DNA from: an uncultured Pelagibacteraceae bacterium
GTDB lineage: Bacteria > Pseudomonadota > Alphaproteobacteria > Pelagibacterales > Pelagibacteraceae
Assembly (NCBI GenBank): GCA_902587155.1
Contig: CACIKE010000004.1
Location: 5,444-69,443 of the forward strand
Length of the DNA: 64,000 nucleotides
Direction of reading: 5' to 3'
How positions within the stretch are numbered: the stretch's first letter is position 1; the number at the start of each line of letters is the position of its first letter. The notes under the pieces were generated by a model, which worked only from the letters and a program-made list of their open reading frames with translations, was not told where the DNA came from and ran no database searches. Shown here piece by piece: positions 9,271 through 19,515 of the stretch. The position numbers and the translations under genes were made by a program.

Positions 9271-9304
9271 AATAAGCCCCTCCCTCAAGGGGCTTATTTA
9301 TTTT
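9271..9304. terminator. Probable bidirectional intrinsic terminator between convergent genes
   Basis: AATAAGCCCCT/AGGGGCTTATT stem flanked by A/T runs. Confidence 0.75.
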
Positions 9305-10262
9305 GATCCCACAATTCTTTTAAATTTATAAAAGGCGATAAACCATAACTTGAATTTACATTTGTTAAATGTACAGATAAGCTTTTTAAAGGTGATATAC
9401 AAAATTCATTTTTATAGATCTCATTAATATATTTTTCAAAAGGATCATGACGATCTTCACAATTTTTTGAGAAGTTTTGCCAGTATAAATCTAATAATTT
9501 TCTACTAGTCAAAAAAGTGCATAAAGTTTTACTAATTGTTCTCCAGTGTCTTTTATTTCCAATAAGAATATTCGTTTTTTCATTATTCATATAAAGATAT
9601 GGATAATCTGCTGGACACATAAAAATATCTTTGCCTATTTGAGATGAAACTCTTTCATAAGTAGCAATCATTTCCTCTAACATGGTTTCAAAATGAATAT
9701 AATCATCCTCAACAAAAAAAATTAGGTCCTCCCCGATCTCTTTTCCAATCTCAAAAGATTGGAGTAAACTTGCTAAATTAGAAAAAGTTTCTTGAGACTT
9801 TTGTTTTTTAATTTTGGTTTCAAATTTTTTTGTGTCTAGGGAAATAATTTTACCATCTACATCTTTAATTATTTCCTTAATTTTATCTAAATTTTTATCT
9901 TCTGAGGAATCATCTAGTATTATTGTTTTAATTATCACATTCTGGTGTTTGCTTTGGCAAAGATGAATAGATTTTATCAACGATTTTATTGATCGAATTG
10001 AATATTCTAACTTAGGTTTTTCAAATAATCTTCTTTTATTTTGATCCCAAATTTCAATTTCTGTATTAACTCTAACAATTATTAGAATTGAATTTACTTT
10101 TCTTGTAATCTTGACTTCTCCCAAAGGTAAGACTATTGATTTTTCATTAAAAATTGAAAGATCTTCATTTAATTCTTTATTCAATGTAGGAGAGATAAAT
10201 TCATTTTGATCAATAATTTCAAAGCCAAAAATTTTACAAATTTTAATGAAAAACTTTTTCAT
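9294..10262 (-). CDS. GT-A fold (glycosyltransferase family 2-like) protein
   Basis: ILDDSS and FFVEDDYIH motifs. Confidence 0.6.
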   Translation of the reverse strand: MKKFFIKICKIFGFEIIDQNEFISPTLNKELNEDLSIFNEKSIVLPLGEVKITRKVNSILIIVRVNTEIEIWDQNKRRLFEKPKLEYSIRSIKSLIKSIHLCQSKHQNVIIKTIILDDSSEDKNLDKIKEIIKDVDGKIISLDTKKFETKIKKQKSQETFSNLASLLQSFEIGKEIGEDLIFFVEDDYIHFETMLEEMIATYERVSSQIGKDIFMCPADYPYLYMNNEKTNILIGNKRHWRTISKTLCTFLTSRKLLDLYWQNFSKNCEDRHDPFEKYINEIYKNEFCISPLKSLSVHLTNVNSSYGLSPFINLKELWDQNK

Positions 10263-10296
10263 ATGTTTTATTTATGATATAAATATTTACAGTATA

Positions 10297-10680
10297 ATGA
10301 CAATTAAATCATCCCAAACTCTAGTTGCGGAAGCTCTAAAGGAAATTAAGACTATATCTACTGATGAAGCTTATGAAAAATTTAACAATAATGAGTGCAA
10401 TTTAATTGATATAAGAGATGTAAGAGAATTAGAGAGAGAGGGAAGAATTAACGACTCAAATCATATTCCTAGGGGAATGTTAGAGTTCTGGCTTGATCCT
10501 GAAAGTGCATATTTTAAACAAGGTAAACTAGATTTAAATAAAGAAATGGTTTTATTTTGTGCTGGGGGAATGAGATCAGCCCTTGCAGCAAAATCTTTAA
10601 AAGAAATGGGATTTAAAAAAGTCTCGCATATTCATGGAGGTTTTGGTGCATTAAAAGATAGTAAATTTAAAATTACTTAA
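10297..10680 (+). CDS. Single-domain rhodanese
   Basis: LIDIRD, PRGMLEFW, active loop FCAGGMRS, HIHGGF; start moved to ATG 10297 to avoid overlap with the divergent gene. Confidence 0.9.
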   Translation: MTIKSSQTLVAEALKEIKTISTDEAYEKFNNNECNLIDIRDVRELEREGRINDSNHIPRGMLEFWLDPESAYFKQGKLDLNKEMVLFCAGGMRSALAAKSLKEMGFKKVSHIHGGFGALKDSKFKIT

Positions 10681-11255
10681 TTATTTAATTCATCCAATGC
10701 ATACTCAAGTCTATCTTGACCCCAAAATAAATTACCATTCACAACAAAAGTTGGAGCACCAAAAATATCATTTTGGAAAGCAATATTCGTAAAATTTTTT
10801 AGTTCATCTTTAATTCTTTGATCTTTAATACCTGTTTCAAAATCATTTGGTTTTATCTCACATTTCGATAATATTTTTTTGATAGTTTCTTGTTTTGAAA
10901 TATCTTCATTATTTTTCCAATAAGCATCAAAACAGAGATCAAAATACTTATCTTTTTTATCACTATTAATAAAAAGATATCCTCTCATGAGATATAATGA
11001 ATTAATTGGAAATTTATCATTCCACTTAAACTCGATTTTATTTTTTTTAGCAATTAAATTGCAATCACTTTTCATATTTTTCATTTTTCTCTCATTAAAT
11101 GCTGGGGCAGTAATACCACCCAAATTATGAAGTCCGCCAAGTAAAATTGCTTTATAATTAAACTTACTTCTATCATTTGAATTGATAATTTTTTTATGTG
11201 CTAAGAATGAATAAGGACTAATGAAATCAAAATAAAAATCGATTTTTTTAGTCAT
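10677..11255 (-). CDS. 2-hydroxychromene-2-carboxylate isomerase / GST-kappa (DsbA family)
   Basis: IDFYFDFISPYSFL, FGAPTF, FWGQDRL. Confidence 0.9.
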   Translation of the reverse strand: MTKKIDFYFDFISPYSFLAHKKIINSNDRSKFNYKAILLGGLHNLGGITAPAFNERKMKNMKSDCNLIAKKNKIEFKWNDKFPINSLYLMRGYLFINSDKKDKYFDLCFDAYWKNNEDISKQETIKKILSKCEIKPNDFETGIKDQRIKDELKNFTNIAFQNDIFGAPTFVVNGNLFWGQDRLEYALDELNN

Positions 11256-11721
11256 ATAAACTTATGTTTTTGGCATAGAAAATTCTTATTAACCAATAAA
11301 CTAATAACCCCAGTGGTCCAATTAAATATATAATTATAAGTGGAATTAATAATAAAAATTTATTTATCAGAAATTTTTGTGAGTCTTTTACAACCCAACC
11401 GCCTGCAAATAGATTAATAGCTATAAAGTGAATCCAAAACATCATTAGAAAATTTTTATCAGAAAATAAATCCGATATGTTATCAATACCCATATAAAGG
11501 CTGAAATTACCGTCAAAATCGTATGAGCTTAAATAAGATTTATATAATAAAAAAATATATGCACCGCTTAAAATAATGAATGGAAAAATCGAAGTTACGA
11601 AATATCGACAGAGATTAGATGTTGGAAAAAAAATTAAAATTAACCAAAATGGAAGAACACCTAAATTCACCCAATAGTAGAGAATATCTATAGTAAAATA
11701 GTCATAAATTTGTTCGATCAT
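11248..11721 (-). CDS. ABA4-like (DUF4281) membrane protein
   Basis: VLPFWLILI, WIHFIAINLFAGGW, GPLGLLVY. Confidence 0.78.
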   Translation of the reverse strand: MIEQIYDYFTIDILYYWVNLGVLPFWLILIFFPTSNLCRYFVTSIFPFIILSGAYIFLLYKSYLSSYDFDGNFSLYMGIDNISDLFSDKNFLMMFWIHFIAINLFAGGWVVKDSQKFLINKFLLLIPLIIIYLIGPLGLLVYWLIRIFYAKNISLYD

Positions 11722-11749
11722 TTTAAGATATATTATATTAAATCTTCCT

Positions 11750-12313
11750 ATGATTCCTATAAGAAATAAAAAAAAAACTTTAAAAGTAACTGTTGAGGAG
11801 ATGAGAAATTTTGCATTTGCTTATGTGGAAAAATATGCACCATCTAAACAACAGCTTAGAACTTATTTATTGAAAAAATACTTAAAAACTTCAATACCAA
11901 ATGTCAAAAAACAAGATGTTAATGATTTAATCGATATTGTTCTTTCCGATTTAGAAAAAAATAGGTTTATTAATGATAAATTTTATTCAGACAGCAAAGC
12001 CAAAAGCATGATTCAAAGAGGTAGCTCAATAAACAAAATAAGAAATTATTTAATAGGCAAAGGTATAAATAGTAAACATATTAAAGAGACTATAAATAAA
12101 ATTCATGATGATAATTCAGATCAAGATTTTTTTTCAGCCATTAAATTATGTAAAAAAAAAAGAATTGGTCCCGCAAGAACAGAGGACAATAGATCTCTAT
12201 TTTATAAAAAAGACATATCACTATTAGCAAGAAACGGTTTTGATTTTGAAACCTCAAAAAAAGTAATGGAAATTGAAAAAGATGATTTTATTAAAATAGT
12301 TAAATTACTTTAA
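11750..12313 (+). CDS. recX: RecX family regulator
   Basis: YAPSKQQLRTYL, FINDKFY, RGSS..KI...L..KGI, KKKRIGP, LARNGF. Confidence 0.8.
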   Translation: MIPIRNKKKTLKVTVEEMRNFAFAYVEKYAPSKQQLRTYLLKKYLKTSIPNVKKQDVNDLIDIVLSDLEKNRFINDKFYSDSKAKSMIQRGSSINKIRNYLIGKGINSKHIKETINKIHDDNSDQDFFSAIKLCKKKRIGPARTEDNRSLFYKKDISLLARNGFDFETSKKVMEIEKDDFIKIVKLL

Positions 12314-12448
12314 TTTATTTTTTTTATTTTCTTTCACTAAAAAATTAATTTTATTTTTAATATAATTTTTAACAAAAACAAAAACAAGTAAACCAAAAAT
12401 TGAAACTGAAACTATTATGATTAAAATTATCCTTAGTTGTTCGTCCAT
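12305..12448 (-). CDS. Small single-TM protein, 47 aa
   Basis: MDEQLRIILIIIVSVSIFGLLVFVFVKNYIKNKINFLVKENKKNKLK; ATG overlaps cysQ stop (TAATG coupling). Confidence 0.6.
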   Translation of the reverse strand: MDEQLRIILIIIVSVSIFGLLVFVFVKNYIKNKINFLVKENKKNKLK

Positions 12449-13221
12449 TATTGAATATTCTTACTTTTTAAAATTAAACTTGGATTTTTAAAATCTTTTT
12501 TTCCATAGAGAATTTCTTTTCCATTGAAATCTGTTACGCTTCCACCAGAATGTTTTAAAATTGCATGGCCCGCTGCTATATCCCATTCCGAAGCTCTGGG
12601 TTCTGCAACATAACCATCAAACTCTCCAGCAGCGATAACACAAAATTTTAAAGAACTTTTCATTCTTACATATTTTTTAACGTTAAGTTTTTTGTATATT
12701 TCATTTATTTCTGGTTTGATTTTATTAGAGTAAGAAACAAATTTAATTTCATTTTTATCAAAGTTTTTGGAGTGACCTAATTTAATTGGTTCTCCATTTA
12801 TTAATTCGAAAGATAAATCATCTCCATATGAATAAAACATTCTATCTTTTGCAGGTGCATAAATTAATCCAGCAACAGGTTTTTTTTGAATTATCAATCC
12901 TGCATTAATTGTAAATTCATCCAGATCATTAATATAATCATAAGTTCCATCGATTGGATCGATTAACCAAAAGTCTTCCAGGTTATCTTTTGATTTATTC
13001 TCTAATGTTTCCTCAGATACTATTGGGATATTTGGAGTTATGTGAAATATTTTTTTACTCAAAATTTTATTAACCTCTAAGTCACCATTACTTACTGGTG
13101 TATTATCGGATTTTATTTCTTTAGTAAGACCTTTTTTCCTTAGATCTAAAGAAATTTTACCCGCATCTAAAAAAGTTTGAATTAGATCCTCAACGATTTT
13201 TTTAATATCACTTTGATTCAT
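12448..13221 (-). CDS. cysQ: 3'(2'),5'-bisphosphate nucleotidase CysQ
   Basis: IVSEE, WLIDPIDGT, SSLKFC, EWDIAAGHAIL. Confidence 0.9.
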   Translation of the reverse strand: MNQSDIKKIVEDLIQTFLDAGKISLDLRKKGLTKEIKSDNTPVSNGDLEVNKILSKKIFHITPNIPIVSEETLENKSKDNLEDFWLIDPIDGTYDYINDLDEFTINAGLIIQKKPVAGLIYAPAKDRMFYSYGDDLSFELINGEPIKLGHSKNFDKNEIKFVSYSNKIKPEINEIYKKLNVKKYVRMKSSLKFCVIAAGEFDGYVAEPRASEWDIAAGHAILKHSGGSVTDFNGKEILYGKKDFKNPSLILKSKNIQ

Positions 13222-13384
13222 TAATTTTTTTTAATTCTATATTTTCAGAGTTTATTACTTTTTTACCAACATTTTGAAAATTAACAGTAATTTTACCTTT
13301 GATTATTGATTGAACTTGTCCTATTCCCCAATCTTTATTTGCAGGATTGAAAACTTTGTCGCCTGGTTCAAAATCAAAAATCAT
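13208..13384 (-). CDS. DUF3553-family small protein, 58 aa
   Basis: [58 protein letters not shown]; WGxGQVQS...VNF..GK.VI pattern. Confidence 0.85.
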   Translation of the reverse strand: MIFDFEPGDKVFNPANKDWGIGQVQSIIKGKITVNFQNVGKKVINSENIELKKINESK

Positions 13385-13425
13385 TTAATTTAATTTATAT
13401 TAGAAATAAGTATAAATACCATCAA

Positions 13426-14544
13426 ATGAATAATAATTTAAACTCTATTGGCTTAAAAAAAAATCCATCAGAAACAACAGTTGTTGTTGCAATGTCAGGC
13501 GGAGTGGACTCATCGACAGTTGCTGGAATGATGAAAAAAGATGGTTACAAAGTTATTGGTATAACTTTAAAACTATACGATGACGGCAAGGAAGTGGCTA
13601 AGTCAAAACAATGCTGTTCAGGTCAGGATATAATGGATGCAAAAAGAGTCGCTCAGAAATTAGATATTGAACACAAAATTCTCTATTATCAAAACAAGTT
13701 CAAACAAGGAGTAATTGATAATTTTGTTGATAGTTATCTAAAAGGTGAAACTCCCATTCCATGTGTGCAATGTAATCAAACTGTTAAATTTAAAGATTTA
13801 TTTGGAGTTGCTAAAGATCTAAAAGCGGACGCATTAATTACTGGTCATTATGTGAAAAGTATTACTGCTGACAATCAAACAAATATGTATCAAGCAATTG
13901 ATGAAAATAGAGATCAAAGTTATTTTTTATTTAATACTACTAGAGAACAATTAAATTATTTAAGATTTCCATTAGGAGGTATGCTTAAAGATGAAACAAG
14001 ATCTATAGCAAAAAAACTAAATCTTAATGTTGCAGATAAACCAGATAGTCAAGATATTTGTTTTGTACCCAATGGAGACTATGCGTCAGTCATTCAAAAA
14101 TTTAAGCCAGACTCTTTTAAAAAAGGAAATATAAAAAATTTACAAGGAAAAATAATTGGAGTACATGACGGGATAATCAATTTTACAATAGGTCAAAGAA
14201 AAGGAATAAAAGTTTCTGATAAAGACGCATTGTATGTTATTAAGATCGATGCAGAAAAAAATGAGATTACTGTAGGTCCAAGAAAAAAACTAGGAAAAAA
14301 AGATATTAAACTTAATGATCTAAACTTGCTTGCTCATGAAGATGAATTTAAAAATGATATTTTTGTTAAGGTAAGATCAACAGGTAAACTTCTTAAAGGA
14401 AAAGTAAACTTTAATAAAGATAAGACAGCTTTAGTAAATTTAGAAGAGTTTGAAGATGGAATATCACCAGGACAAGCTTGCGTTTTTTATAATAAAGATA
14501 GATTTGGTTTTAAAGTTTTAGGGGGTGGTTGGATTAAAAATTAA
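13426..14544 (+). CDS. mnmA: tRNA 2-thiouridylase MnmA
   Basis: [50 protein letters not shown]. Confidence 0.97.
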   Translation: MNNNLNSIGLKKNPSETTVVVAMSGGVDSSTVAGMMKKDGYKVIGITLKLYDDGKEVAKSKQCCSGQDIMDAKRVAQKLDIEHKILYYQNKFKQGVIDNFVDSYLKGETPIPCVQCNQTVKFKDLFGVAKDLKADALITGHYVKSITADNQTNMYQAIDENRDQSYFLFNTTREQLNYLRFPLGGMLKDETRSIAKKLNLNVADKPDSQDICFVPNGDYASVIQKFKPDSFKKGNIKNLQGKIIGVHDGIINFTIGQRKGIKVSDKDALYVIKIDAEKNEITVGPRKKLGKKDIKLNDLNLLAHEDEFKNDIFVKVRSTGKLLKGKVNFNKDKTALVNLEEFEDGISPGQACVFYNKDRFGFKVLGGGWIKN

Positions 14545-15250
14545 TTTGTTTTTTCCACATGAAAAATGTTAACAAGTAAAAAGTAATTACTCCAATAAAG
14601 TAATCCCATTCCAAAGCATGTTTTATAAACTTTAAATTAATTCCAAAGAAATCATCACCTGGTAGACTGATAATAGGTATGCTTATAACTGCAACTATAA
14701 TTAACATTGAAACTAATATTATTTTAAGATTTAAAACTACTGGGTTTATGTAATTTTTCAGTTTTTCCTTAAATGACCAAAAAGTTGCAACCAAGTAAGC
14801 CTGAGCGACTATTTCAAAAACAATAAAAGATAGCATTATTATTCTTCTAAAAAGTTTGTATAAATCATTGTCAAATTTGATACCTAAAAAAATTGAATGA
14901 ACAGTTAGGGCGATCGCTGAAGCAATACCAAAAAAAACAATTTTTTTTGAATTCTTATGGTCCACCTCAAAATATTTAATAATGTCTCTATTAAATAACC
15001 AATATTTGATTAATAAATAAGATGTTAAGAACATCGCAGGTTTAAATACTAACCAGGAAGGGTAAGGTCTAGCAGTTCTACTTATAGAGGCACCTCCATC
15101 AAAATAAGGAAAAGTGTTGAGTAATACATCACCCTGATTTGGAAATAAACTATGAAATTGAGTTACCAATAAAAGACAAATATTTACTGCAACAAAAGGA
15201 ACTATAAAAATCCATATACTAATGGATTTTGCCTTTTCAATTGAATTCAT
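14534..15250 (-). CDS. Hypothetical multi-pass membrane protein
   Basis: About 6 hydrophobic segments; [14 protein letters not shown] and ALEW motifs. Confidence 0.7.
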   Translation of the reverse strand: MNSIEKAKSISIWIFIVPFVAVNICLLLVTQFHSLFPNQGDVLLNTFPYFDGGASISRTARPYPSWLVFKPAMFLTSYLLIKYWLFNRDIIKYFEVDHKNSKKIVFFGIASAIALTVHSIFLGIKFDNDLYKLFRRIIMLSFIVFEIVAQAYLVATFWSFKEKLKNYINPVVLNLKIILVSMLIIVAVISIPIISLPGDDFFGINLKFIKHALEWDYFIGVITFYLLTFFMWKKQINF

Positions 15251-15256
15251 TGAGGA

Positions 15257-15340
15257 CTATTTCTTTTTATTTTTTTTTCTAGCTCTTCTTTTTTTTGAGC
15301 CCATTTTTCTTCGGCCTCTATGTTTTTTTGGGTATCCCAT
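15257..15340 (-). CDS. Tiny Lys/Arg-rich peptide, 27 aa
   Basis: MGYPKKHRGRRKMGSKKRRARKKNKKK; GAAGGA RBS 4 nt before ATG; TATAAC -10-like hexamer just upstream. Confidence 0.7.
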   Translation of the reverse strand: MGYPKKHRGRRKMGSKKRRARKKNKKK

Positions 15341-15415
15341 TATTTCCTTCAGTTATAATTTAATTGAAATTATGTGAGGGATATAGCATTGTCCATTAAA
15401 GTTATCAATTTTTTT

Positions 15416-16591
15416 ATGATAAAATCATTTAAGACATTTTTAAAACATACTGCAAAAGATTTTCAGAACCAGTCAGTAAATCCACCGGTAGTAAGAGCTT
15501 CAACAATAATATTTAAGTCTATGAAGCACATTAGAAAAACCCAAAAAAAAGCACAAAAAAATCCAGTTGGTGGTCATTATGATTATGGAAGACAAGGAAC
15601 TTCAACAACTTATATTTTACAAAAAATTTTAACTAAGCTTGAAGATAGTTATCATGTATTTACCACTCCTACAGGATTTGGCTCAGTTTTTTTAGCTATA
15701 TTTAGCGTAGTTAGACCAGGTGATGAAATAATTGCTGCAGATCCGGTTTACAGTCCCACAAGGATCTTAACTCAAGATTTTTTAAAAGAATTTAATATTA
15801 AAACAATTTTTTATAATCCTCATGATTTAGAAACTTTGGAGCGTAGTATAACAAAAAAAACAAAATTAATTTTTGTTGAAAATCCAGGTAGTAACACTTT
15901 TGATTTTCAAGATCTTGGAAAGATTATTTCAATCGCAAAAAAATATAAAATTTTAACTGCTATAGATAATACTTGGGGCACGCCTTATTTCCTCAAACCA
16001 ATAAAACTCGGTTTTGATATGTCTATTGTATCTGCTACAAAATATTATTCTGGTCATTCAGATGTTATGGGTGGAAGTCTAGCGGTTAATAAAAAAGTTT
16101 TTCAAAAAGTAAAAGCAGCTGAAAAAATAACAGGTTTAAGGTTAGGACCTGATGATGCATATTTGATTACTAGAGGTTTGAGAACTTTAGATGTTAGACT
16201 AGATCGACACAGTGAAAATGCCCAAAAAATTGCAGCTTTCTTATCAAGAAATAAAAAGATTAAACTTCTTTATCCATTAAAGAAAAATTCCTTAAATTTT
16301 AGAATGTGGAAAAAGTATTACTCTGGTGCCTCAGGATTAATGGGGCTTAAAATAAAATCAAATAATATCAATTCTGTTAGAAAATTTGTAAATTCACTTA
16401 AATTATTCGGATATGGTTATAGTTGGGGAGGTTTTGAGAGTTTGGTTTTACATCAAGAATTTAGAGAAACGGGAAATAGAAAATTCATGACTTTAGCGAA
16501 GAATGAACATTTAGTCAGATTTCATATAGGGCTTGAGGATCCCAATGACTTAATTGCTGATTTGAAACAAGCATTAAGGCATTTGAAATGA
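15416..16591 (+). CDS. metC: Cystathionine beta-lyase (Cys/Met PLP enzyme)
   Basis: VNPPVVRAST, YGRQGT, IDNTW, SATKYYSGHSD, GYSWGGFESL; ATG 15416 preferred over track GTG 15374. Confidence 0.9.
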   Translation: MIKSFKTFLKHTAKDFQNQSVNPPVVRASTIIFKSMKHIRKTQKKAQKNPVGGHYDYGRQGTSTTYILQKILTKLEDSYHVFTTPTGFGSVFLAIFSVVRPGDEIIAADPVYSPTRILTQDFLKEFNIKTIFYNPHDLETLERSITKKTKLIFVENPGSNTFDFQDLGKIISIAKKYKILTAIDNTWGTPYFLKPIKLGFDMSIVSATKYYSGHSDVMGGSLAVNKKVFQKVKAAEKITGLRLGPDDAYLITRGLRTLDVRLDRHSENAQKIAAFLSRNKKIKLLYPLKKNSLNFRMWKKYYSGASGLMGLKIKSNNINSVRKFVNSLKLFGYGYSWGGFESLVLHQEFRETGNRKFMTLAKNEHLVRFHIGLEDPNDLIADLKQALRHLK

Positions 16592-17808
16592 GTTCTGAAA
16601 AATTTTTTCAATCAAGAACAGCATTAATTACATTATTTGCTGCTTGTTTTGTTGTTTTAATTTCACTTGGTGTAAGACAAACCTTTGGTTTGTTCTTCAT
16701 GGATTTCAATGAAAGTCTCAAAATAAGCAATACAGCTTTTGGCTTTGCAATAGGAATGCAAATGTTAATGTGGGGTTTAACTGGACCTATATTTGGTGCT
16801 ATCGCAGATAAGTATGGTGGTCATATAGCAATTATTTCAGCATTTATTTTTTACGCTGCTGGAATATTTTTTTTATATACAGGACCTAATACAGGAATTT
16901 TTTTTCAAATACACATGGGATTGTTAATTGGAATTGGACTAGGAGGTACAGCTATAAGTATTCCAATGTCCATTGTTGGAAAACACTTTCCTTTATCCAC
17001 AAGGACTATAGCAATGAGTTTTGTGACTGCTGTTGGATCGTTTGGTTACTTTTTATCGCCAATTTTCACAAGTTACTCTCTTAATGAATTTGGATGGAAT
17101 TATACTTTATTCGTTTTTGGAATACTTTTAATTGCTGGTTTAGTAGTTGCTTACTTCGTAAGATCTCCATCTGCAACTGAAAATGCAAAAAAAAAATCAG
17201 ACCAATCGTTTTCTGAAGCACTCAATGAAGCATTTAAAACAAAAAGTTATATTTTACTTGTATCTGGCTTTTTTGTTTGTGGATTTCATATTACTTTAGT
17301 TGGAACTCATGTTCCTAAGTATGTAATAGATAGAGGTCTTGAGGATTGGACTGCTGCAGCTATTTTGTCTTTAATTGGGTTATTCAATATTTTTGGCTCT
17401 TTATTAAGTGGCTATCTTTCTGCAAAAATGAGTAAAAAAATAATCTTAAGTGCAATCTACTTTTTGCGAGGAGTTTCAATAATATTCTTTATATTTACTC
17501 CAGCTAGTAATATTGCAGCATTTATATTTGGAGCAAGTTTTGGGTTCCTCTGGTTATCGACAGTACCGGCTACGAGTGGAATAGTTGCTCATCTTTTTGG
17601 AACAAAATATTTAGGCTTGTTATATGGAATAGTTTTTTTAAGTCATCAAATTGGTTCGTTTTTTGGTGCATATCTTGGAGGTTTATTCCACGATACTTAT
17701 GGGTCATATGATTATGCGTGGTATTTAGCAATTGCTTTATCTGTTTTTGCAGCAATAATTCATTTACCAATAAAAGAAGAACCAGTTTTAAGATTAAAAA
17801 CAGAATAA
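16588..17808 (+). CDS. MFS transporter
   Basis: About 12 TM segments, GAIADKYG motif A, GFFVCGFH, SHQIGSFFG. Confidence 0.9.
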   Translation: MSSEKFFQSRTALITLFAACFVVLISLGVRQTFGLFFMDFNESLKISNTAFGFAIGMQMLMWGLTGPIFGAIADKYGGHIAIISAFIFYAAGIFFLYTGPNTGIFFQIHMGLLIGIGLGGTAISIPMSIVGKHFPLSTRTIAMSFVTAVGSFGYFLSPIFTSYSLNEFGWNYTLFVFGILLIAGLVVAYFVRSPSATENAKKKSDQSFSEALNEAFKTKSYILLVSGFFVCGFHITLVGTHVPKYVIDRGLEDWTAAAILSLIGLFNIFGSLLSGYLSAKMSKKIILSAIYFLRGVSIIFFIFTPASNIAAFIFGASFGFLWLSTVPATSGIVAHLFGTKYLGLLYGIVFLSHQIGSFFGAYLGGLFHDTYGSYDYAWYLAIALSVFAAIIHLPIKEEPVLRLKTE

Positions 17809-17809
17809 A

Positions 17810-18961
17810 TTGAATAGAATAAATCAATTAACAAAAATACATTTATCAGGGAAACCCTACATTATCTATAAATCTCAAAATGGGTTTAATCTTTTCACCG
17901 ATTTTTCAAAAAAAATAATTTTAAATAATAAAAATATTAAAAGTTTTTTAACAAAAAAAAATAAAAAACAATCAACCAACACAGATCTTTTCATTGGTTT
18001 TTTTGGATATGAGTTATTAAATAATCTGATTGATGTAAAAGTTCCTAAACAAAAAAATTTTAACTTTCCAAAGGGAATTTTTTATAAACCAGAAAAAAAG
18101 ATCAAACTCAGTAACAAGTTAAATTATGATTTTAAAAATTTTGAGTGTGGAAGCTTTAAAATTAATATTAATAGAAAAAATTATACAAAAATATTCAATA
18201 AATTTAAGAAAAAGATAAAGAGTGGCGAGACATATCAAATTAAAATTTGCACTAAATATAAAACAAAGTCAAAAATCAATCCGTTAGATTTTTTTTCAAG
18301 GTTATCTGATACCAATCTAGCTCCAGAGGCTTTTATGATTAAAGATAATAATTACTCAATTATTAGCTGTTCCCCAGAAACTTTGATTATAAAAAAAGGA
18401 AGCGACATATCTACAAAACCAATAGCAGGGACTGTAAAAAAAACAAAGCAGTTAAATAAAATAAAAGCATTAAATTATTTTAGAAAAAATTTAAAAGAAA
18501 CTAAAGAGCACAATATGATTGTTGATATGGAAAGAAATGATTTATCAAGAATTTGTAAGATAGGTTCAGTAAAATTGTCTAAACAAAAAATCGTTGAGGA
18601 ATATAAAGACCTTTTTCATTATGTTAGCCTAATTAAGGGAAAATTAAAAAAAAATATCAATAATTTTGAAATAATTAAAGCAATGATGCCAGGTGGTTCA
18701 GTTATTGGGTGTCCAAAAATTAATACGCTTAATCTTTTAAATAATCAGGAAAAAGAAAATAGAAATATTTATACAGGAAGTTTTGGTTACATAAAATTCA
18801 ATGGCGATATGAGATTTAATATTATTATAAGATCAATTTTAAATTTTAAAAATATATCCGAAATTTCAGTTGCCTCAGGTGTTGTTGTCGATAGTAATGC
18901 CAATCATGAGTTTAATGAGAATTTTCTTAAAGCTAAGGCGCTAATAGATTTATTCAAATGA
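17810..18961 (+). CDS. pabB: Chorismate-binding enzyme, probable aminodeoxychorismate synthase component I
   Basis: GETYQI, SCSPE, KPIAGT, EHNMIVDMERNDL, PGGSVIGCPK; clustered with a GATase and a class IV PLP enzyme. Confidence 0.75.
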   Translation: MNRINQLTKIHLSGKPYIIYKSQNGFNLFTDFSKKIILNNKNIKSFLTKKNKKQSTNTDLFIGFFGYELLNNLIDVKVPKQKNFNFPKGIFYKPEKKIKLSNKLNYDFKNFECGSFKININRKNYTKIFNKFKKKIKSGETYQIKICTKYKTKSKINPLDFFSRLSDTNLAPEAFMIKDNNYSIISCSPETLIIKKGSDISTKPIAGTVKKTKQLNKIKALNYFRKNLKETKEHNMIVDMERNDLSRICKIGSVKLSKQKIVEEYKDLFHYVSLIKGKLKKNINNFEIIKAMMPGGSVIGCPKINTLNLLNNQEKENRNIYTGSFGYIKFNGDMRFNIIIRSILNFKNISEISVASGVVVDSNANHEFNENFLKAKALIDLFK

Positions 18962-19515
18962 TTTATGTAATTGATCATAACGACTCCTTTACGCATAATG
19001 TGGTTCATCAATTTGCTTTGTTTGACAAAGTTGAGTGTGATAACTATGATAAAGTTAGTGAAAATAAAATTAAGCAAGCATCAACAATAATTTTTTCACC
19101 TGGACCAGGAAATCCTAAAAATTATCCAATCACTTCAAAAATATACAAAAAATACAAAGGTAAAAAAAGAATAATAGGTATCTGTTTAGGATTTCAACAT
19201 ATTCTATTTTGCGAAGGTGCAAAAATTGTTGAACAAAAAAAAATTTATCATGGTTTTCAATCAAATGTAAAAGTTATTACTAATAATTCTTTATTCAAAA
19301 AAGGAAAAATATTTAAAGTTGGCAGGTATCATTCTTTAAAATTAAAAGAGCCTTTTAAATCTATAAATTTTGAGATAACTATGAGATGTTTAAATTCAAA
19401 AGTCGCGATGGCATTTGAAAATAAAAAGGAAAAAATATATGGATTTCAATTTCACCCAGAATCTTTTTTAACTATCAATGGTAACTTACTTATTAAAAAA
19501 ATCTTATCAGCTTAA
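18958..19515 (+). CDS. pabA: Glutamine amidotransferase component II (PabA/TrpG family)
   Basis: IDHNDSFT, SPGPG, GICLG, RYHSL, QFHPES. Confidence 0.78.
   Translation: MIYVIDHNDSFTHNVVHQFALFDKVECDNYDKVSENKIKQASTIIFSPGPGNPKNYPITSKIYKKYKGKKRIIGICLGFQHILFCEGAKIVEQKKIYHGFQSNVKVITNNSLFKKGKIFKVGRYHSLKLKEPFKSINFEITMRCLNSKVAMAFENKKEKIYGFQFHPESFLTINGNLLIKKILSA

Noticed and set aside
15341-15415. SAM-II/SAM-V riboswitch upstream of metC
   Set aside because: Leader is short and AT-rich, with no recognisable pseudoknot or conserved core by eye; an Infernal search would be decisive
17810-19515. Anthranilate synthase trpEG
   Set aside because: Followed by a class IV PLP lyase and no trpDC, which favours pabBAC; not fully excluded
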